A stretch of 64,000 nucleotides of DNA from Nitrospirota bacterium (GTDB lineage Bacteria; Nitrospirota; UBA9217), in contig CAVUCU010000001.1 of NCBI GenBank assembly GCA_963740085.1, positions 1,490,184-1,554,183 of the forward strand. Reading direction: 5' to 3'. The first letter of the stretch is position 1. Every line of letters starts with the position of its first letter. The notes under the pieces were generated by a model. That model worked only from the letters and a program-made list of their open reading frames with translations, ran no database searches and was not told where the DNA came from. Positions 19,796-31,359 of this stretch are shown in pieces. The position numbers were made by a program, and so were the translations under genes.

Positions 19796-22180
19796 TTATT
19801 TTTTCAACTCCGCCACGGTAACGCCTGCTCCGCCTTCGGCCGGTTCTCCCGGCCGTATGGCAGTGATCAGCGGATGGTCCTTGAGAAACTTCGTTACTGC
19901 TGTCTTGAGCGCGCCGGTCCCCAGGCCATGGATAATGGTCACGACGGTCAGGTTGCTCATTCCGACGCGATCAAGGAATCGGTCCACTTCGGCCAGGGCC
20001 TCATTCACGCGAAGGCCAAGGAGGTTCAGCCGATCCAGCGGTCCTTCTTCCTCGTGGAGCTCGGCGCCCCAGCCCGGCGCCCGGCTCGCTTTCTGCCCTT
20101 GCGGAACAGGATCGAGCGGAATGACCTCGCCCGAGGGGAGCCTGATCTTTTTTCCGTCAACCTCGATCTCGATCATGCCCGAGTGAAAGCCGAGCACGGT
20201 ACCGGTTTTGTTCACTCTCGCCAGCTTTATCCGGTCGCCCCGGTGAAGATCGGTCGCCGGCGAGGAGGCAGTCTGCCGTTCCAACTCAGCGGGTTGCAGT
20301 TTTTTCGCCAGCGCCTCGACCTCCGAGGCCGTTGTCCTGATGTCTGTCTGCTCCCGCACCGCTGCGCGTGATAGTTCCCGGAGCTTGAGGCGAAGGGAAG
20401 ACAGTACCTCCCGCGCCTCTTCTTTTGTTTTGGTTTTTACCTCACGGGCCTCTTCTTTCGCCGCCCGGAGCAGGGATTCCGCTTCGATCCGCTCCTGTTT
20501 CGCCGCCGTACGATCCTGTTCAAGCAGCGCCCGCTCCGATGCGAGCAGACGGGAATCATCCTCCACCTGTTTGAGCAGCGTCTCAAGCCTGATATCGTCC
20601 TCGCTGATCCGGGCCCGCGCGCGATCGATCACCTCGTCGGGAACACCCAGTCTGGTTGCCATATCCAGGCCGTAGCTCCTGCCCGGCCTTCCGGGAATGA
20701 GCCGGTACGTGGGCTTGAGCGTCTGCGGATCGAACTCCATGGCCGCGTTCACGGCGCCGCTTGTCTGCGAGCCAAAAAGCTTAAGCGCCTTGTGATGTGT
20801 GGTCACCAGGGAGATACAACCGCGCTCGATCAGGTCCTCGAGTACCGCCGCGCCGAGTCCCGCACCCTCGTTCGGGTCCGTGCCGGACCCGAGCTCGTCC
20901 AGAAGCACGAGGGAATCCCGGTCAGCCTGACGAAGGATCTTCGCGATCTGTCTCACATGGGACGAAAAAGTGCTCAGGTCATCTTCCAGGCTCTGCTCGT
21001 CGCCGATATCAGCGAAGACCGAGCCAAAGCACGGGAGCTCGCTGCCTTCGTTCGCGGTCACCGGTATGCCGGATTGTGCCATGAGGGAAAGTAGTCCCAC
21101 GGTCTTCAGGATGACCGTTTTACCTCCGGCGTTCGGGCCGCTCAGGATCAAAGCACGGTCCCTGCTGCTCAGTTCAATATCATTCGTCGTTACGCTCTTG
21201 TTGTCGATTGCATTTTTGAACTTGACGGCCAGAAGCGGGTGCCGCGATGCCCGGAGCCGGATGGTTCGATTTGACGACAGTGTCGGCACGGTCCCCTCAT
21301 ACTCGATCCCGAACCGTGCCCTGGCATATACCGCGTCGATCCCGGCAAGGGCCTCGACCGTGTCCTCGATCGCGTCCGCATCCCGCGTCATGAGGGAGGT
21401 CAACTCACGCAGGATGCGCTCGATCTCATCCCGCTCTTCCATGCGGAGCTCCGCAAGACGATTGTTCTGTTCCAGGATCTCAAGGGGCTCGACAAAAAGT
21501 GTGGATCGGGAGCCGGATTGCCCGTGTACAACACCTTTCAGGCTCTGCCGGAAGTTGGGTTTGAGCGGCAGCACATACCGGTCGTCACGTACGGTGATCA
21601 CCGGTTCCTGGATCACCTTCTGAAAACCACTCTCCTGCAGGATGCCGGACATGCGGCCCAGAATGTCCTCGCGCGTCCGCACGATCTGTTTGCGCACTTT
21701 TCGGAGCGCCGGGCTGGCTGAGTCCCTGACCTCGGCCTTATCATCGATCGAGGAGAAAACCGCGTCTTCTATCTGCTTGAGCTGCCGTATCTTTGCTGCC
21801 TGTGCGCACAGGAGCGGGGCCTGATGCTTCACCCCCGTCCCCTTTCCTTCAAAACGCTGGAAAAAATTTTTTATCCGCCTGCCCGCACCAAGGGTCATCG
21901 CCATGTTCAAGAGCTCGAGCGGGGAAAGCATGCCGCCTTCCACCCTCAGCTTTTGGATGGATCCTCGTACGTTCAGGATATTGTCAAGCGGAGGGGCTTC
22001 GTTGCTTCGAAGAAGGTGTATGAACTCGCTTGTCTCCTGGAGCCGGGACTCGACGATCCCGGCATCAACTGCGGGAAGAAAGGCGAGAACAGCGTCCCTC
22101 CCTGCTTCCGATGCCGCGAATCCGGAAACGATGTTTGTTACTTTGTCATACTCCAGCACTCTCAGGGTATGGTCATTCAT
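19796..22180 (-). CDS. mutS2: Endonuclease MutS2 (MutS domain plus C-terminal Smr).
   Basis: Walker A GPNAGGKT. 794 aa. C-terminal Smr domain (IHGLGTGAL). Confidence 0.9.
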   Translation of the reverse strand: MNDHTLRVLEYDKVTNIVSGFAASEAGRDAVLAFLPAVDAGIVESRLQETSEFIHLLRSNEAPPLDNILNVRGSIQKLRVEGGMLSPLELLNMAMTLGAGRRIKNFFQRFEGKGTGVKHQAPLLCAQAAKIRQLKQIEDAVFSSIDDKAEVRDSASPALRKVRKQIVRTREDILGRMSGILQESGFQKVIQEPVITVRDDRYVLPLKPNFRQSLKGVVHGQSGSRSTLFVEPLEILEQNNRLAELRMEERDEIERILRELTSLMTRDADAIEDTVEALAGIDAVYARARFGIEYEGTVPTLSSNRTIRLRASRHPLLAVKFKNAIDNKSVTTNDIELSSRDRALILSGPNAGGKTVILKTVGLLSLMAQSGIPVTANEGSELPCFGSVFADIGDEQSLEDDLSTFSSHVRQIAKILRQADRDSLVLLDELGSGTDPNEGAGLGAAVLEDLIERGCISLVTTHHKALKLFGSQTSGAVNAAMEFDPQTLKPTYRLIPGRPGRSYGLDMATRLGVPDEVIDRARARISEDDIRLETLLKQVEDDSRLLASERALLEQDRTAAKQERIEAESLLRAAKEEAREVKTKTKEEAREVLSSLRLKLRELSRAAVREQTDIRTTASEVEALAKKLQPAELERQTASSPATDLHRGDRIKLARVNKTGTVLGFHSGMIEIEVDGKKIRLPSGEVIPLDPVPQGQKASRAPGWGAELHEEEGPLDRLNLLGLRVNEALAEVDRFLDRVGMSNLTVVTIIHGLGTGALKTAVTKFLKDHPLITAIRPGEPAEGGAGVTVAELKK

Positions 22181-22291
22181 TCCGGGGACTGGCGCATTTT
22201 CAGGCGAAAAAAATCAGGGAGCCCGGTCTTCATGGCCCCCTGTTCAGCCCTGGAGTGATATCTCACACACCACTGCGCGAGAAACAGTTCT

Positions 22292-22735
22292 TTACCCCAA
22301 TGCGTGTTTGACAAGCTCACTCACCAGCTTTCCGTCCGCCCGTCCGCCCACCAGGGGAATGAGCGCCTTCATGACTTTGCCCATGTCCTTGGCTCCCTGC
22401 GCGCCGGTCTGGGCTACCGCATCCCGGACCATCACCTCTATCTCTTCGCGTGACATTTGCTGCGGCAGATATACTTCGAGCACTGCAACCTCTGCCGTCT
22501 CTTTATCCACGAGGTCCTGCCTGCCACCCTTGCCAAACTGTTCGATCGAATCTTTCCGCTGCTTAATGAGAGAGCGTACGGTTTCGGCCACCTCTTCTTC
22601 GGTGAGCGGCCGCCGCTTGTCGATCTGTTTGTTCTTGAGGGCCGCGCTCAACATCCTCAGGGTAGAAAGCTTGTCTTTGGCGCCGGACTTGAGGGCGTTT
22701 ATTATATCAGCGTCGACTTTCTCTCGTAAACCCAT
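22292..22735 (-). CDS. yqeY: GatB/YqeY domain protein.
   Basis: 147 aa. Conserved YqeY fold signature. Downstream of rpsU as in many bacteria. Confidence 0.8.
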   Translation of the reverse strand: MGLREKVDADIINALKSGAKDKLSTLRMLSAALKNKQIDKRRPLTEEEVAETVRSLIKQRKDSIEQFGKGGRQDLVDKETAEVAVLEVYLPQQMSREEIEVMVRDAVAQTGAQGAKDMGKVMKALIPLVGGRADGKLVSELVKHALG

Positions 22736-22822
22736 TCACCCTCGCATTAACCTGTTAACCAGATGATCTTTCCATCGTTGTCATCGCTGGCGTTACCTTG
22801 TTCAATATCACGCACTTCCGCG

Positions 22823-23023
22823 TTAACCATGACGGAAAATACGCGCTGTCTTTGCTGCCTTTTTGCGTGCGGCTATCGCTTTTTTCTTCTTCTTTACGCT
22901 CGGCTTCTCGTAATGCTCGCGCTTCTTGACCTCAGAAAGCACTCCTTCCTTTTCAATGCTCTTCTTAAATCTCCGGAGCGCGGCCTCAAAAGGCTCATTG
23001 TCTCGTAACCTGATACTGGGCAC
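22823..23023 (-). CDS. rpsU: 30S ribosomal protein S21.
   Basis: 66 aa. [22 protein letters not shown]-terminus and a basic tail. Confidence 0.9.
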   Translation of the reverse strand: MPSIRLRDNEPFEAALRRFKKSIEKEGVLSEVKKREHYEKPSVKKKKKAIAARKKAAKTARIFRHG

Positions 23024-23264
23024 CCTCGCGACACCCCCCTCCTGTTATCACTATCTTGTTGTTATTTATGCTTTTTAGTTGGTCTGCGGGTAAAGGTCTT
23101 TTAACCGCCAAGAAGCATGAAACAGTTAAACCGCTCCTCAATTAGAAGAAAAGCGGCATAATCATTAAAATTAACCAGTCCACCGGCGAATGTCAAGTGA
23201 AATTGTTACAAAATGGTCGTGCGTTTTACGTGTTCACCGCAGCAAAGATTCCCGCCGCCGTTCA

Positions 23265-24470
23265 TCAACTCCGGTATGCCGCGTTGATTTTCACATATTC
23301 GTATGACATATCGCACGTCCAGACCTTTCCGGACGCCTTGCCCTTGTGCAAATCGATGATGATCTGGACTTCCCTTTGCTTAAGGGCAAGCGTTGCGTCA
23401 CGGTCCGCGGGCTTGCCCTGCCCCAGACCTTTTTCGACAAGCTTGCTCTTGCCGATATAAATATCCGTTCTGGATTCGTCCATCTCCACGCCGGAAGATC
23501 CCAAGGCCGCCATGATCCTGCCCCAGTTCGCATCTTCACCGAACAGCGCGGTCTTGACAAGACTCGACTTTGCCACGGTCATGGCCGCGCGTTTTGCCTC
23601 GATGGGGTTCCTGGCGTTCCTCACCTCGATCTCCACGAACTTTGTCGCGCCTTCGCCGTCCTTCACCACCTGCTTTGCCAGCGAACGCGCCACCGTGTCG
23701 AGACACGCCTGGAATTTTTTGCTGTCCTTGCTGCCCACACCGGGACGCTTGTTGAGCGCCGCGCCGTTCGCCATACAGAGTATCAGATCATTCGTGCTCA
23801 TGTCTCCATCCACCGTGATGTTATTAAAAGAGCTCTCCGTGGTCGCGAGCAGTGACTTCTTGAGCATCGGCGCCGAAATGTTCGCGTCCGTCACGATAAA
23901 GCAGAGCATGGTCGCCATGTTCGGATGGATCATGCCCGAGCCCTTGGCTATTCCGGCGATCGTGACCGTCTTGCCACCAATCTCTTCCTGCACGATCGAA
24001 AGCTTGGGGTAAAGATCCGTGGTCATAATCGCCTCGGCCGCCTGCTCCCAGCCCGACGTCGACAGCAGGCCGACCGCGGTGCTGATACCCGTTGCCATCT
24101 TGGACAGGGGCAGAAACTCACCGATCACACCGGTCGATGCCACATATACCGCTTCAGGTTTGATACCGAGCTCCCGGGACGCGATTTCCGCCGTCGCGCG
24201 CGCATCAGCGAGTCCTCGCTTGCCGGTGCAGGCATTGGCGCAACCGCTGTTCGCTATGATTGCCTGCCCTATCCCGGACTTCACCCTTGCCGTGTCCAGT
24301 AGAATTGACGCTGCTTTCACCCGGTTCTTCGTGAAGACCCCGGCAACCGCCGCCTCGCGGTCGGAATATATGATCGCGAGGTCTTTTTTGTCGGTCTTCT
24401 TGATACCGCAATGGATCCCCCATGCCTTATACCCCGGCACGGAAATATTCTTTGTGTCCAGAATTCTCAT
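23265..24470 (-). CDS. argJ: Bifunctional glutamate N-acetyltransferase / amino-acid acetyltransferase.
   Basis: Autoproteolytic ATML site and ArgJ length. Confidence 0.9.
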   Translation of the reverse strand: MRILDTKNISVPGYKAWGIHCGIKKTDKKDLAIIYSDREAAVAGVFTKNRVKAASILLDTARVKSGIGQAIIANSGCANACTGKRGLADARATAEIASRELGIKPEAVYVASTGVIGEFLPLSKMATGISTAVGLLSTSGWEQAAEAIMTTDLYPKLSIVQEEIGGKTVTIAGIAKGSGMIHPNMATMLCFIVTDANISAPMLKKSLLATTESSFNNITVDGDMSTNDLILCMANGAALNKRPGVGSKDSKKFQACLDTVARSLAKQVVKDGEGATKFVEIEVRNARNPIEAKRAAMTVAKSSLVKTALFGEDANWGRIMAALGSSGVEMDESRTDIYIGKSKLVEKGLGQGKPADRDATLALKQREVQIIIDLHKGKASGKVWTCDMSYEYVKINAAYRS

Positions 24471-24561
24471 TCTTCAACCCCTGATTGTCATGGATTAATT
24501 GAATCGAGGAATCGGGGAGAATGGAAAAACCAGCTCTCCGATTCGCTTATTTGCATTTTTC

Positions 24562-25614
24562 TCACGGGAACAACCCGGCGAACCTGAGACCCTCCGCTTC
24601 ATTAAACCCCATCATCAGGTTCATGTTCTGAATCGCCTGGCCCGATGCACCCTTGACCAGGTTGTCAATGGCCGTGACCACGACCGCACGTCCGGTCCGT
24701 GGATCGGCATAGACGCCGATATCGCAAAAGTTCGAACCCCGCACGTTTCGAACGTTCGGGAACTGCCCGACCGGCAGCAGTCGCACGAATGGTTCATCTT
24801 TGTAAAAGTCCCGATACAGCGCATGGAGCTGTTCTGTATCAACCGGTGATTTTTGGTTCGCGTAGATCGTCGTCAAAATCCCCCGATTCAGAGGTACAAG
24901 GTGCGGCGTGAACGAAACCGTTATTTGCTTTCCCGCCAGAGCGGAAAGCTCCTGCTCGATCTCCGGCATGTGCCGGTGCGTCCCGACCTTATAGGCCATG
25001 AATCCCTCGTTTACTTCCGGGTAGTGGTGTGCAAGCGAGGGACTGCGGCCAGCACCCGAGACGCCGGACTTCGAGTCGATTATGATGCTCCCCAGGTCTA
25101 TCTTCCCCTTTTGCATAAGGGGCGCAAGCCCTAATAGTGCGCTCGTAGGGTAACACCCCGGGTTTGCGATCAACGACGCCTTTTTTATCTTTTCCCGGTG
25201 CAGCTCCGGCAGACCGTAAACCGCCTGTTTGAGGAGCTCAGGGTACTGGTGCGTGGTCTCATACCACGTTGCATACACTGAGGGGTCCGAGAGCCGGTAA
25301 TCGGCGGACAGGTCCACCACTTTTTTGCCAAGCAGGTGAAAGCGGAATGCCGCCTCCTGCGCCATCAAATGCGGAAGCGCGAGGAACACAAAATCTGCTT
25401 TCTTTGCGATGGTATCCGGGTCGAGGGGTTCGCACACCAGGGTTGACAATCCAGCAAGGTGAGGAAAGATTGAGGCAATGGGCTTTCCCGCGGATTTCTC
25501 CGACGTGACCGCGGTCACGTTCACCTTCGAATGGTTCAGAAGGATCCTCATGAGCTCTCCGCCCGTGTACCCGCTTGAACCCACGATCGCAATGTTCAGT
25601 TTTTTTTCACTCAT
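24562..25614 (-). CDS. argC: N-acetyl-gamma-glutamyl-phosphate reductase.
   Basis: N-terminal [15 protein letters not shown](P)-binding motif and catalytic Cys motif (PGCYPT). Confidence 0.9.
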   Translation of the reverse strand: MSEKKLNIAIVGSSGYTGGELMRILLNHSKVNVTAVTSEKSAGKPIASIFPHLAGLSTLVCEPLDPDTIAKKADFVFLALPHLMAQEAAFRFHLLGKKVVDLSADYRLSDPSVYATWYETTHQYPELLKQAVYGLPELHREKIKKASLIANPGCYPTSALLGLAPLMQKGKIDLGSIIIDSKSGVSGAGRSPSLAHHYPEVNEGFMAYKVGTHRHMPEIEQELSALAGKQITVSFTPHLVPLNRGILTTIYANQKSPVDTEQLHALYRDFYKDEPFVRLLPVGQFPNVRNVRGSNFCDIGVYADPRTGRAVVVTAIDNLVKGASGQAIQNMNLMMGFNEAEGLRFAGLFP

Positions 25615-25735
25615 TGTCGTGTACCCCGCCCATGTATCCCAGAAGGAGCCTTGAGCAAAATAAAAGGGAAGGCATCTCTACCTTCCCTACAGTAACAGGA
25701 AATAAATCTCTGCAAACAGACAGGTATGTGATCCT

Positions 25736-26137
25736 TTATCTCTTGGAGAACTGGAATCGCGCGCGCGCGCCCTTCTGGCCGTACTTCTTCCGCTCTACGG
25801 CCCTGGGGTCGCGGGTCAGAAGCCCTTCCTTGCGAAGCTTGATGCGCGACTCGCCGTCCGCTTCAAGCAGTGCCTTTGATATCCCGTGCCTGATTGCGCC
25901 GGCCTGGCCGGAGTTTCCGCCGCCGAGCACGTTCACCATGACATCGAACTTGTCCACCGTCCCGGTGACCTCAAACGGCTGGCGAATGATCATCTTGAGC
26001 ACTTCGCGACCGAAGTACTGGTCCATGGTCTTGTCGTTAATGGTGACCTTGCCGCTGCCGGGCATCATCCACACCCTGGCGATGGAATTCTTTCTCCTGC
26101 CTGTTGCATAATATCTTGATACGGTTGCCGCTGCCAT
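25736..26137 (-). CDS. rpsI: 30S ribosomal protein S9.
   Basis: 133 aa. Basic C-terminus ...[16 protein letters not shown]. Confidence 0.95.
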   Translation of the reverse strand: MAAATVSRYYATGRRKNSIARVWMMPGSGKVTINDKTMDQYFGREVLKMIIRQPFEVTGTVDKFDVMVNVLGGGNSGQAGAIRHGISKALLEADGESRIKLRKEGLLTRDPRAVERKKYGQKGARARFQFSKR

Positions 26138-26174
26138 TAAAAATCCTCCTCAGATGGTTCTTGTTTTACCCTGG

Positions 26175-26606
26175 TTATTTAACGATCATCTCCACCGGCT
26201 GCTGTGCCGTGTGCGGGTGCTTGTCCCCGGCGTAAACCTTAAGTTTGGTGAGCATCTGCTTTCCCAGCCTGGTCTTGGGAAGCATGCCCTCGACAGCCAT
26301 CATCAACACATTCTCCGGTTTGGTCCTCATGAGCGTACCGGCGCTAACGGTCTTGAGACCACCGGGAAACCCCGAGTGGCTATAGTACATTTTCTGATCA
26401 AGCTTCTTGCCGGTCAGATGGACCTTGTCCGCGTTCACTACGATAACGAAGTCTCCGGTATCAACATGGGTTGTGTAGATAGGCTTGGTCTTGCCTTTCA
26501 GCACTGAGGCGATGACCGTCGCCAATCTGCCCAAGGTCTTTCCGTTCGCATCAACGATGAACCACTTTCTTTCAATATCTTCCGCTTTTGCCGAATACGT
26601 AGCCAT
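26175..26606 (-). CDS. rplM: 50S ribosomal protein L13.
   Basis: 143 aa. Conserved L13 core. rplM-rpsI operon. Confidence 0.95.
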   Translation of the reverse strand: MATYSAKAEDIERKWFIVDANGKTLGRLATVIASVLKGKTKPIYTTHVDTGDFVIVVNADKVHLTGKKLDQKMYYSHSGFPGGLKTVSAGTLMRTKPENVLMMAVEGMLPKTRLGKQMLTKLKVYAGDKHPHTAQQPVEMIVK

Positions 26607-26650
26607 AATTCCCGCCTTGTAGTATCTTAGTATTTTTTTTAAGAATAGCG

Positions 26651-26679
26651 AATATAAACAATTTCATAAGATTTGTCAA
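26651..26679 (-). promoter_or_regulatory. Putative sigma70 promoter of rplM-rpsI (minus strand: TTGACA, 17-nt spacer, TATATT).
   Basis: Exact -35 consensus and near-consensus -10 about 45 nt upstream of the rplM start. Confidence 0.5.
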
Positions 26680-26938
26680 GCGTTTTTGTATGGGAAAAAC
26701 CAATGATAGGGAGGGTGTCACCGGGGAGATCAATACGCCATCATTATGTAAACCTTTAAACATCAACAGGTTATACTACATATTGCAGCGCTTTGATGTA
26801 GCATCGTATGATTTGGAAAATATCAAAGACGGTGACTTCCCGACCCCCTTTTTTGCCTCTCTCACCGCCTGCTTACAAAAAAGGGGCAGCCGCTCAGGGC
26901 TGCCCCTCTCATTTATTATTCACCTCACCGAAATGCAC

Positions 26939-27250
26939 TTACGCTTTTTCGGCAGCTCGCTCTTTCATCGTCTTTGGTACGGAGACGAGGTATCCCAAAA
27001 CCGTGCCGATCAGACCGCCGACAATGAGGCTTACCGTTGCCGCGCAGGCTATCCCAACCACAATACCCATTACCACAGCCGCCCTGACAAAAAGCGTGGG
27101 TTCGACCGCACCACCCATGAGCTTCTGGAGCAGGATCAAGGTCCCGAAGCTCCCGAAGTAGAATCCCGGCATGATCCCGAACACCAGGAAGACCAAACCA
27201 CCTGCAGTTGCACCGATCTTCATCCCTGTTTTTACTGTCTCGTTCTTCAT
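26939..27250 (-). CDS. Small glycine-zipper-like membrane protein (103 aa). Tandem paralogue of the next gene.
   Basis: Starts MKNETVKTGMKIGATAGGLVFLVFGIMPG. The 248-aa ORF in the track is an out-of-frame artefact running through the neighbouring gene. Confidence 0.55.
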   Translation of the reverse strand: MKNETVKTGMKIGATAGGLVFLVFGIMPGFYFGSFGTLILLQKLMGGAVEPTLFVRAAVVMGIVVGIACAATVSLIVGGLIGTVLGYLVSVPKTMKERAAEKA

Positions 27251-27297
27251 GGCAAATCTCCTTTCAGCCTCAGCTGTATAGTCTTTGATCGCGGTTG

Positions 27298-27627
27298 CTA
27301 TCTGTGTGCAGCCTTTGCTTCGCCAGCCTCTTCCTTGGGATGAGTGCCCGGTTCCAGGACCTTGCCCACGAGCCAACCAATGGTCGATGTGGCTGTCACC
27401 ATCACGATGCCGGATACGAGAACACCCATAAGCATGGATGCGAGCACGATGACCCTGGCTACGAGTCCTGGATGGAGGGGAAGCCCGAATAGCCATCCCG
27501 CAATATTGATACCCATGGCACCGCCTAACAGGCTGCCGGGCATAAGCCCGAAGAGCGCAAAGAGCACCAGTCCTGCGCCTGCCCCGATGTATGCTGTCTT
27601 TCTTGCTATTGTGGTCTTCATGGTCAT
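27298..27627 (-). CDS. Small glycine-zipper-like membrane protein (109 aa). Paralogue of 26939-27250.
   Basis: Shares the pattern MK..T..K.G..IGA.AG.VLF..FG.MPG...G...G with the neighbour. Confidence 0.55.
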   Translation of the reverse strand: MTMKTTIARKTAYIGAGAGLVLFALFGLMPGSLLGGAMGINIAGWLFGLPLHPGLVARVIVLASMLMGVLVSGIVMVTATSTIGWLVGKVLEPGTHPKEEAGEAKAAHR

Positions 27628-27791
27628 GTCCTCCTTTTTCGCTCAGTCTTGATTCTTTAATTGCATCAACCGTGCCAGAGAACAACCTGTTGATTTAATT
27701 AAAAATCATTTCTTTGGTGTTTTGCAAAAGTGAGAAAATCCATGGTCGTTTTATAGGAATGCGAAAAAACGGCGCAAAGAGAAAATTTTCC

Positions 27792-27820
27792 TTGAAACGC
27801 AGGCACATATATGGTATTTT
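27792..27820 (+). promoter_or_regulatory. Putative sigma70 promoter of the rpsB-tsf-pyrH-frr operon (TTGAAA, 17-nt spacer, TATTTT).
   Basis: Sequence match about 130 nt upstream of the rpsB ATG. The long leader may carry the S2 autoregulatory structure. Confidence 0.45.
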
Positions 27821-27949
27821 ACGGGTCGCCTTTTAAAAAGGCATATCTTATTACACACGCGCCAGGACCTGTGGCAGGGTGTCCTGATTTAAAACGGGAT
27901 CTGCCCGGGAATGATCGGCGCGGAGGTAAAAACCTGAGGGAGGGACGCG

Positions 27950-28744
27950 ATGTCCACGATCACAATGAAGGAGTTGTTGGAAGCAGGGGTACACTTCGGC
28001 CACCAGGCAAAACGATGGAACCCCAAGATGAAGAAGTATATTTTTGGAGAGCGTAACGGGATCTATATCATAGATCTCCAGAAAACGCTCAAACTGTTCA
28101 AGGAAGCCTACGAATTTGTCCGCACAGCCTCTTCCGAGGGAAAAGACATGCTGTTCGTCGGCACCAAAAAGCAGGCTCAGGACGCTATTACTGAAGAGGC
28201 AAAACGGTGTGGGATGTACTATATCTCGAGCCGCTGGCTCGGTGGCATGCTTACCAATTTCGCCACTATCAAGAAAAGCATCGACCGTCTCAAGAAGATC
28301 GAGAAGATGAAAGAAGACGGTACGTACGACAAGCTCACGAAAAAGGAAGTAGCCGGACTCGAGAAAGAACGCACCAAACTCGAAAAGATCCTCTGCGGCA
28401 TCAAAACCATGTCCCAACCACCGTCCATGATCTTCATCATCGACCCTCGTAAGGAGACGATCGCAGTCCAGGAAGCGAATAAGCTGGGCATCACGGTGGT
28501 CGCCGTGGTCGACACGAACTGTGACCCCGACAATATCGACTATGTTATACCGGGCAACGACGATGCGATCCGCGCCATCCGATTGATGGCATCAAAAGTC
28601 GCCGATGCTGTCATCGAGGGAAAACAGGCCATCGCCAAGGAAGCCGGTGAGGCCGCAGAGGCAGAGAAGGCCGCTGGTGAAGCACCCGCGGCGGCCCCGG
28701 AGCCCGCGCTCGAGGATGTAGACGCAACCGCGGAAGAAGCATAA
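27950..28744 (+). CDS. rpsB: 30S ribosomal protein S2.
   Basis: [19 protein letters not shown] start. 264 aa with an acidic Ala-rich tail. Confidence 0.95.
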   Translation: MSTITMKELLEAGVHFGHQAKRWNPKMKKYIFGERNGIYIIDLQKTLKLFKEAYEFVRTASSEGKDMLFVGTKKQAQDAITEEAKRCGMYYISSRWLGGMLTNFATIKKSIDRLKKIEKMKEDGTYDKLTKKEVAGLEKERTKLEKILCGIKTMSQPPSMIFIIDPRKETIAVQEANKLGITVVAVVDTNCDPDNIDYVIPGNDDAIRAIRLMASKVADAVIEGKQAIAKEAGEAAEAEKAAGEAPAAAPEPALEDVDATAEEA

Positions 28745-28910
28745 TAAGGAGCGGGCATTTCCGGCCCGATGCACGACCGATGTTATGCGGATGACGCGAC
28801 AAAGCGACGTATCGGTCAGCCGGTACGTAATGGGTTTCGTCTGGAAGCATCGGCCTTTTGCTTTCTGCAAGTCATCGCTGTTTTTGATTTTCGATGAAAG
28901 GAGTTTTTTA

Positions 28911-29795
28911 ATGGCAACAATATCTGCGAGTGCAGTGAAGGATTTGAGGGAAAAAACCGGCGTCGGCATGATGGAAGCAAAAAAGGCTCTTGAAGAAACC
29001 GGCGGCGATTTTGAAAAAGCGGTCGATCTCCTGAGGAAGAAGGGTCTGTCTGCGGCAGCGAAGAAAGCCACGCGGGTTGCGGCCGAAGGTATGATCGCTT
29101 CCGCCATCCAGGCGGACGGAAAGACCGGGGTGTTGATCGAGGTGAACAGCGAAACCGACTTTGTGGCAAAGAACGATGACTTTCAGCGCTTTGCGAAGGA
29201 GCTCGCCGAGCTCGTGGCCGCCAAGAAGCCTGCCGACGTGGCGTCGCTGTCGCAGCTTTCGATGGGCAGTGATACGGTTGAGGCCGGGCGCAACGCGCTC
29301 ATCCAGAAAATCGGCGAGAATCTCGCGATTCGCCGGTTCGTATGCTATGAGACTTCCGGTCAAATCGCTATTTATCTGCACGGCACCCGCATCGGCGTCA
29401 TGGTGGACTACACCGGCGGCGACGAGCAGCTCGGCAGGGACATGGCTATGCACATTGCCGCGGCAAACCCGCAGTTCCTGAGCAGGGAAGCCGTGCCGAC
29501 CGACGTACTCGAACGCGAACGCGCCGTGTATGAGGCACAGGCAAAGGAATCGGGCAAACCCGCTGCCATTATCGGCAAGATGGTAGAGGGAAAACTCGAA
29601 AAGTATTACTCCGAAGCCTGCCTCATGGACCAGGTGTACATCAAGGATCCCGACGGCAAGCTCAAGATCAAAGATTGTCTGAAGAAGGCCGGCGGAAACA
29701 TCGTGCTCAATCGCTTTGTCCGTTACCAGCTCGGCGAAGGGATCGAGAAGAAGAAAGATAATTTTGCTGAGGAAGTCGCTGCCCAGCTCAAATAA
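28911..29795 (+). CDS. tsf: Elongation factor Ts.
   Basis: [28 protein letters not shown]-terminus. AAGGAG Shine-Dalgarno. The ORF track starts earlier, at 28785. Confidence 0.95.
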   Translation: MATISASAVKDLREKTGVGMMEAKKALEETGGDFEKAVDLLRKKGLSAAAKKATRVAAEGMIASAIQADGKTGVLIEVNSETDFVAKNDDFQRFAKELAELVAAKKPADVASLSQLSMGSDTVEAGRNALIQKIGENLAIRRFVCYETSGQIAIYLHGTRIGVMVDYTGGDEQLGRDMAMHIAAANPQFLSREAVPTDVLERERAVYEAQAKESGKPAAIIGKMVEGKLEKYYSEACLMDQVYIKDPDGKLKIKDCLKKAGGNIVLNRFVRYQLGEGIEKKKDNFAEEVAAQLK

Positions 29796-29796
29796 T

Positions 29797-30525
29797 ATGG
29801 CACAACCACGCTACAAACGCATCCTGCTCAAGCTCTCGGGCGAGGCCCTCATGGGCGATCAGGGGTACGGCATCGACCATGCCGTGCTTGATACGATCAC
29901 CTCGGAGGTGAAAGAGGTCTGCAGCCTCGGCGTCGAAGTCGCCATCGTCATCGGCGGAGGGAATATCTTCCGCGGCTTGTCGGGCGCTGCCAAGGGCATG
30001 GAGCGCGCAAGCGCGGATTACATGGGCATGCTTGCCACGGTACTGAACGCGTTGGCGCTTCAGAATGTTCTCGAGAACAAGGGTGTGGTTACCCGGGTAC
30101 AGTCGGCGATCGAGATGCGCGAACTCGCCGAGACCTACGTACGCCGCCGCGCGGTGCGTCATCTGGAAAAGCACCGCGTGGTCATCTTCGCCGCGGGCAC
30201 CGGAAACCCCTACTTCACGACAGACACCGCAGCAGCGCTCCGGGCGATGGAGATCGGGGCAGAGGTCATCATGAAGGCGACCAAGGTGGACGGTGTATAC
30301 AGCGCCGACCCCATGAAGGACAAGACCGCCACCAAGTTCGACAGCCTGACCTATATCGAAGTTCTCCAGAAGGACCTTCGCGTCATGGATGCCACGGCCA
30401 TATCCCTCTGCATGGACAATGGCCTTCCCATCATTGTCTTCAACCTCAACGTCCCCGGCAATATCAAGAAGATCGTGACGGGCGAAAAAGTCGGGACGCT
30501 TGTGACCGGGAGGAACAATGCTTAG
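29797..30525 (+). CDS. pyrH: UMP kinase.
   Basis: [12 protein letters not shown] and IVIGGGN motifs. ATG at 29797 immediately after the tsf stop. Confidence 0.95.
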   Translation: MAQPRYKRILLKLSGEALMGDQGYGIDHAVLDTITSEVKEVCSLGVEVAIVIGGGNIFRGLSGAAKGMERASADYMGMLATVLNALALQNVLENKGVVTRVQSAIEMRELAETYVRRRAVRHLEKHRVVIFAAGTGNPYFTTDTAAALRAMEIGAEVIMKATKVDGVYSADPMKDKTATKFDSLTYIEVLQKDLRVMDATAISLCMDNGLPIIVFNLNVPGNIKKIVTGEKVGTLVTGRNNA

Positions 30526-31081
30526 CGAGCAGAAGAAAAAAGCGGAAGAGAAAATGAGCAAGGCGCTCGATGTCCTCAGAAAAGAGTTTACCACGCTCCG
30601 CACGGGCAGGGCGTCGCTGGGCATCCTCGACGGGATCATGGTTGATTTCTACGGCACGCCCACCGCGCTCAACCAGGTGTCAAACATGGCAATGCCCGAC
30701 CCCCGGATGATCACCATCCAGCCCTGGGAACCGAAGATGCTCGGCGAGATAGAGAAGGCCATCCTGAAATCGGACGTCGGGATCACGCCCTCGAACGACG
30801 GCAAGATCATCCGCCTCAGCATTCCGCCTTTGACCGAAGAGCGACGGCAGCAGATCGTGAAACATGCGAAGAAACTGGCCGAGGACGCGCGTGTCGCTGT
30901 CCGAAACATCCGCCGGGACGTGAACGACGATATCAAGAAGAAAAGCAAGGTCAAGGACGTTCATGTTTCAGAGGACGAAGTCAAGAAGTTGCAGGACGAG
31001 ATACAGAAGACGACGGACAGCTATATCAAAAAGATCGATGATCTTCTCGGTCACAAGGAAAAAGAGATCATGACCGTGTAG
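30518..31081 (+). CDS. frr: Ribosome recycling factor.
   Basis: 187 aa. Conserved RTGRAS motif. Overlaps the pyrH stop. Confidence 0.95.
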   Translation: MLSEQKKKAEEKMSKALDVLRKEFTTLRTGRASLGILDGIMVDFYGTPTALNQVSNMAMPDPRMITIQPWEPKMLGEIEKAILKSDVGITPSNDGKIIRLSIPPLTEERRQQIVKHAKKLAEDARVAVRNIRRDVNDDIKKKSKVKDVHVSEDEVKKLQDEIQKTTDSYIKKIDDLLGHKEKEIMTV

Positions 31082-31274
31082 GCATATTTCCGAAGTCGGT
31101 CCTGAACTTCTCCGCGGCATCCTCTTCACGCTCAACCGTAATCACCGTGCAACCCTTTTCCACAAGAACCCTTATTGAATATTCCCCGCAAGCGAGGCTC
31201 CTCTCCCGCAAGAAAAAGACTTCCGTACCGCTGATTTCGCGCCTCGAAAATTAGACTTTTTGCGCAGCTTTACC

Positions 31275-31304
31275 TTGACAAAGGCACGGAATTCGACATA
31301 TTAT
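31275..31304 (+). promoter_or_regulatory. Putative sigma70 promoter of the ACT/Liv/PaaK/Ior cluster (TTGACA, 18-nt spacer, TATTAT).
   Basis: Exact -35 consensus about 80 nt upstream of the GTG start at 31360. Confidence 0.45.
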
Positions 31305-31359
31305 TATGCGTTTCTCATAGAGCTGCGATCCCGCTGTACGAATGCGGAAGGAGGAACTT

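Noticed and set aside
21903-22766. Long antisense or alternative-frame ORFs, for example 21903-22766 (+), 41944-43371 (+), 46892-47950 (-), 48885-49679 (+), 54931-55758 (+) and 16407-17066 (+).
   Set aside because: Each overlaps, on the opposite strand, a confidently assigned gene (mutS2/yqeY, iorA, MFS transporter, OYE oxidoreductase, mglA, rpoD). High GC content generates long spurious frames. Their products have low-complexity Arg/Ala/Pro-rich composition.
26939-27685. A 248-aa minus-strand ORF.
   Set aside because: It is an artefact. The N-terminal 145 aa are an out-of-frame read-through of the neighbouring 109-aa gene (27298-27627). The real gene is only the last 103 codons (26939-27250).
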